A stretch of 64,000 bases of DNA from Symbiobacteriaceae bacterium (lineage in GTDB: Bacteria; Bacillota; Sulfobacillia; Symbiobacteriales; Symbiobacteriaceae). Where the stretch lies: positions 287 through 64,286 of the forward strand of contig JARBUG010000010.1 in the NCBI GenBank assembly GCA_029239785.1, read 5' to 3'. The translations under genes were made by a program, and so were the position numbers. Each line of letters opens with the position of its first letter. Position 1 is the first letter of the stretch. This document shows, piece by piece, positions 61,091 to 64,000 of the stretch. Under the pieces are notes generated by a model. It was not told where the DNA came from, ran no database searches, and worked only from the letters and a program-made list of their open reading frames with translations.

Positions 61091-61420
61091 ACGCCCGCCC
61101 GGCGGCCGGCGCCCGTAGGGCGCCAAACTAGACGATTCCCTGGGTTAGCGGCCATCGGTCTGTTTTTATCCAGCGGATTCGCAGTGCACCGTGCGAAACG
61201 GACCGATGAAGGCCGCTAACGCCGAAGGCGTGCCTGTGGGACCGGGGGGAGTCCGGTCAGGAAGGAGGTTCAGTGCGTTTGCGGCGTTGATAAGTCCGTT
61301 CTTGTACAGGGTCGGTTGATCGGCCGGACTAAATCGGACTTGGGCGCCCTGCGGGCGCCGACCTCCTGGCTACCCTTCCCGGCGCCAGGCCCAAGGCACC
61401 CGGCCCAGCGGGGCGAATCG
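61091..61420. repeat. ~330-bp long-palindrome unit, copy A
   Basis: Tandem with copy B. It contains ATCGGTCTGTTTTTATCC...AAACGGACCGATGAAGGCCGCTAACGC and the inverted partner GCGTTTGCGGCG...AGTCCGTTCTTGTAC. Confidence 0.8.
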
Positions 61421-61745
61421 TGCCTGGCGGCCGGCGCCGTAGGGCGCCAAAGTAGACGATTCCCTGGGTTAGCGGCCATCGGTCTGTTTTTGTCCAGCCG
61501 ATTCGCAGTGCACCGTGCGAAACGGACCGATGAAGGCCGCAAACGCCGAAGGCGGGCCCGGGGGACCGGGGGGAACGTGGCCCCGAAGGGCACTTAATAC
61601 GTTTGCGGCCTCGATCAGTCCGTTCTTGTACGGTGGGAGCTGCGTCGGCTGGACAATAACGGACTGTGGCGGGGGGCAACACCAGTCGGGCGTTGGGAGA
61701 AGTCTACTTTGGCGCCCTGCGGGCGTCGGCCCCCCGCCCCCTCTT
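61421..61745. repeat. ~325-bp long-palindrome unit, copy B
   Basis: The first ~135 nt are near-identical to copy A. Arms of ~115 bp run from GTAGGGCGCCAAAGTAGAC to GTCTACTTTGGCGCCCTGC. Confidence 0.8.
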
Positions 61746-61755
61746 CATACCCCGT

Positions 61756-62711
61756 TCAGGCCCGGTAGCTCTTACCCACACCCTCCAAATACCTGACCAC
61801 TTTCTCAAGTCCAGTCAGGTCCCGCAAGGTCAGGAGCGTCCCAACCTTCTGCTTCATCACGCTCAGAGATAGCTCCTCGCGGCGGACCTCGACCAGGGCA
61901 ATACCTTCCTTGGCACAGATTCCCCGCTTCATCAGGTCGCGCGCCTCCTGGCTGCGGACCTCCTTCTCAGTGAACTGGTCTGTGTTGCCATCGTGATGCG
62001 GTCCCTGAAACTCAAAAGCCGCCACATGCGGGTAGTAGCGGTCAAACTCCATGCGCTCTCCCGTCCACGGATTGATGAGCACGCCTACCTTCACATTATC
62101 CTGGTACTCCATCGAGTCGATCAACAGGGTCAAATACTCCTGCATGATCGCCTCACCTTTGTGCTTGGCACGCTTGATCCGCCACTGGGCTTTCTTAACC
62201 CACGCGTCTGCCGCTACGGCCTGTGGGTTGACCAAGACAAATTCGATGGGGGCACGCTTATGGCGCTGACAGATTCGCAGCCACTCCGCTGCCGCTAACT
62301 CCAAAAGCGACCGCTTCACCGTATTGATACCGGCTCCCGCCAACCTACTCAGGACCATGTGGGTGAACCGGCCAGTCTGGTCTTCGGCACAGAACTTCGG
62401 CAGCGCCTGGAGCATTCCGTATAAGACCCTCGCCCGGGCGCCGATCCGGCGGTCGAGGAGTAGGTACACCGGCATGGAAGCTGCCTTGGCAGCCCAGGCG
62501 GGCCCCACCGGTGGTGCCCAGCCCGTTGCAACCAGCTGCCGGCATGCTGTTCGCACGGTATGGCGAAACAGACCTGAGTCAGAGGCAGGATCGATGGTTC
62601 TGGTGTGATGCTGCGTGCGGCCGCCTGCAGCATCCAGATTAGTTTGGCAGATGCAGTAAGGTCAGGATGGAGCAGCAAAGCAAACGGTACCCTGATGATG
62701 CTGGTCTCCAT
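61756..62711 (-). pseudogene. Frameshifted paralog of the wHTH/Vsr-like nuclease gene (8-nt insertion)
   Basis: ATG 62711 (GGAGGTG RBS) gives METSIIRVPFALLLHPDLTASAKLIWMLQ, then the frame is lost. Homology resumes in another frame (TQHHTRTIDPASDSGLFRHTVRTACRQLVATGW...). Removing GCGGCCGC (62617..62624) restores a 316-codon ORF colinear with 13624..14613. Confidence 0.7.
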
Positions 62712-62746
62712 GAAGCACCTCCGGTTCGAACAAGCCAGTTTACCAT

Positions 62747-62755
62747 ATTATACCA
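62747..62755 (-). promoter_or_regulatory. Extended -10 (TGGTATAAT) upstream of the paralog
   Basis: It lies in the loop of the inverted repeat TCGAACAAGCCAG / CTGGTGCTTGTTCGA. Confidence 0.4.
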
Positions 62756-62821
62756 AACAGCCGTTCCGTTCCGGAACTGGTGCTTGTTCGACGAGATTCG
62801 ACTCCGTCAGCGACGAAGGGT

Positions 62822-63030
62822 GCAAAGTCGGGCATCGATCTGTTTTTGTCCACGGTTCTGATGATGCACCGTGCTAGACGGACCGATGAAGGCCGCAGAC
62901 GCTGAAGTTGGCTCCGCAGAACCGGAGAAATCTGCGTCCGGAAGGGAGTTAGTGCGTTTGCGACTTCCATAAGTCCGCCATTGTACAGGTAGTTTGACTG
63001 GGCTGGACAAAAACGGACCGATGCCGGGGG
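62822..63030. repeat. Long palindromic element, copy C
   Basis: ATCGATCTGTTTTTGTCC...GACGGACCGATGAAGGCCGCAGACGC / GCGTTTGCGAC...GGACAAAAACGGACCGAT. Confidence 0.75.
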
Positions 63031-63032
63031 CA

Positions 63033-63180
63033 GCGCCGGCAGGGCGCCGGCCCAGGGGCGCCGGCCCTGCGGGCGCCGGCCCAGGGGCGCCGGCCCTGCG
63101 GGCGCCGGCCCTGCGGGCGCCGGCCCAGGGGCGCCGGCCCAGGGGCGCCGGCCCAGGGGCGCCGGCCCAGGGGCGCCGGC
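63033..63180. repeat. Array of nine 15-bp GC-rich tandem units (two variants)
   Basis: GCGCCGGCCCAGGGG (A) and GCGCCGGCCCTGCGG (B) in the order A B A B B A A A A. No spacers. Confidence 0.9.
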
Positions 63181-63203
63181 CACTGAGAACCCCCAACACC
63201 AGC

Positions 63204-63233
63204 AAAAAACCCGGCCCCCCAAAGGGCCGGGTT
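63204..63233 (-). terminator. Intrinsic terminator of the partial gene
   Basis: AACCCGGCCC-uuuggg-GGGCCGGGUU followed by UUUUUG. Confidence 0.8.
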
Positions 63234-63237
63234 CTTC

Positions 63238-64000
63238 CTACCTCCGCCGATACTCATTCAACGCCTGCCCTACCTCCGCCCTGGGTCTGGGCCCCGGCCC
63301 CGGCGCCCCGGCGGGCGCCGAACTCCTGGCCGTGGCCACGCCCTGCGCACTCTCGCCCACCGCTTCCCGGGCCGGCCTGGGCAGCGGCTCGGGCCGGCCG
63401 GCTGGCTCCTCCCGCCCCTCGCCTCCGGTCCGGACCAACCGGAGCCGCAGGCGCCGCAGCTCATCGGAAAGGTCCACGCCCGGGGCCGGCGCAGGCCGCT
63501 CGCGGCCGCCCGGCTCCTGATCCTCCACCCGCAGGGAAGGGCCGCCGGCGGCAGCCGCGGCCACCTCGCGGAACTGGGGAAGCACCTGGGAGACAACCAG
63601 CGCCGCGTCCTGCACCACCTCGCGGCCGGTCGCCCCCGCCGCCACCGTCCGGCGGGAGCGGAACCGCTCGCGCCAGGTGGCGATCTCACGGACCAGGCCG
63701 GGCGAGCCCGACTCACGGCCCCAGCGGAGCCAGGCGAAGCGATACCGGCACAGGGCCGCGACACAGAGCGTAACCAGCAGGCCCTGCGTCAGCCAGCCCA
63801 GGGGCGCGCCCAGGCTGAGCAGCGGCCCGGTCAGGCCGAGGGCCAGCGCCAGCACAGCCAGCAGCACCACCTGCGAAATCAGCGCACCCGCCGCCTTGAC
63901 CAGGGCGCCCCGGGCAACCCGCAGCCCCGACGGATGCCACAGCCCCAGCACCGCCCACAGCGGCGCCAGCGCCAGCATGCCCAGCAGCACAAACTGGTAG
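63238..64000 (-). CDS. Membrane protein with a Pro/Arg/Gly-rich C-terminal tail, unknown function; 5' end may run off the window
   Basis: The frame is open to the window edge, with a possible GVG-type start (GTG) at 63990. The N-terminal half is hydrophobic. A terminator follows immediately. Confidence 0.5.
   Translation of the reverse strand, partial: YQFVLLGMLALAPLWAVLGLWHPSGLRVARGALVKAAGALISQVVLLAVLALALGLTGPLLSLGAPLGWLTQGLLVTLCVAALCRYRFAWLRWGRESGSPGLVREIATWRERFRSRRTVAAGATGREVVQDAALVVSQVLPQFREVAAAAAGGPSLRVEDQEPGGRERPAPAPGVDLSDELRRLRLRLVRTGGEGREEPAGRPEPLPRPAREAVGESAQGVATARSSAPAGAPGPGPRPRAEVGQALNEYRRR

Noticed and set aside
63033-63180. Possible CRISPR array (regular short repeats).
   Set aside because: The units are contiguous 15-mers with no spacers, there are no cas genes, and two unit variants are interleaved. 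It is a simple tandem (VNTR-like) array.

Overview
High-GC (~68%) chromosomal segment. T-box leaders, a gerA-type germination operon, CwlD/SpoIIM/YtxC-like genes, strong GGAGG ribosome-binding sites (RBS) and heavy minus-strand gene bias point to an endospore-forming Firmicute, possibly Symbiobacterium-, Limnochordia- or Thermaerobacter-like (inference only). No rRNA, complete tRNA, CRISPR array, transposase or integrase was seen.

Core content:
- Two divergent DMSO-reductase-family molybdoenzyme operons; the second also carries TorD-like and radical-SAM genes.
- pheST, infC-rpmI-rplT, proC, thrS and thrCB, four of them behind T-box or attenuator leaders.
- A ktrA-ktrB-ktrA potassium-uptake module, a GGDEF/EAL protein, manA and a PHP tyrosine phosphatase.

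Observations most worth follow-up:
1. A co-directional cluster at 30.6-39.7 kb. It holds a MalT-like STAND ATPase-TPR-HEAT protein with a C-terminal SARP DNA-binding domain, then an XRE-HTH fused to a catalytically dead F1-ATPase beta-like domain, then a heterodimeric ABC exporter. Downstream is a promoter with three TTCAGCG repeats at 11-bp spacing, driving a 23-codon peptide ORF, an internally deleted mini-ABC ATPase and two membrane proteins.
2. A BdbD/DsbA-like gene whose CxxC motif reads U-G-G-C through an in-frame TGA. A SECIS-like hairpin follows it, and the gene is coupled to a VKOR gene.
3. Tandem ABC-F ATPases, each preceded by a 7-codon leader ORF and a conserved terminator hairpin.
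4. Two paralogous wHTH plus Vsr/DUF559-like nuclease genes. One is disrupted by exactly 8 nt (GCGGCCGC), and both sit among a window-wide family of long palindromic repeats.
5. A CGCGGAT-rich MITE-like repeat family that brackets a GxxExxY gene.

All product calls come from motifs recognised by eye. No database search or folding program was run.
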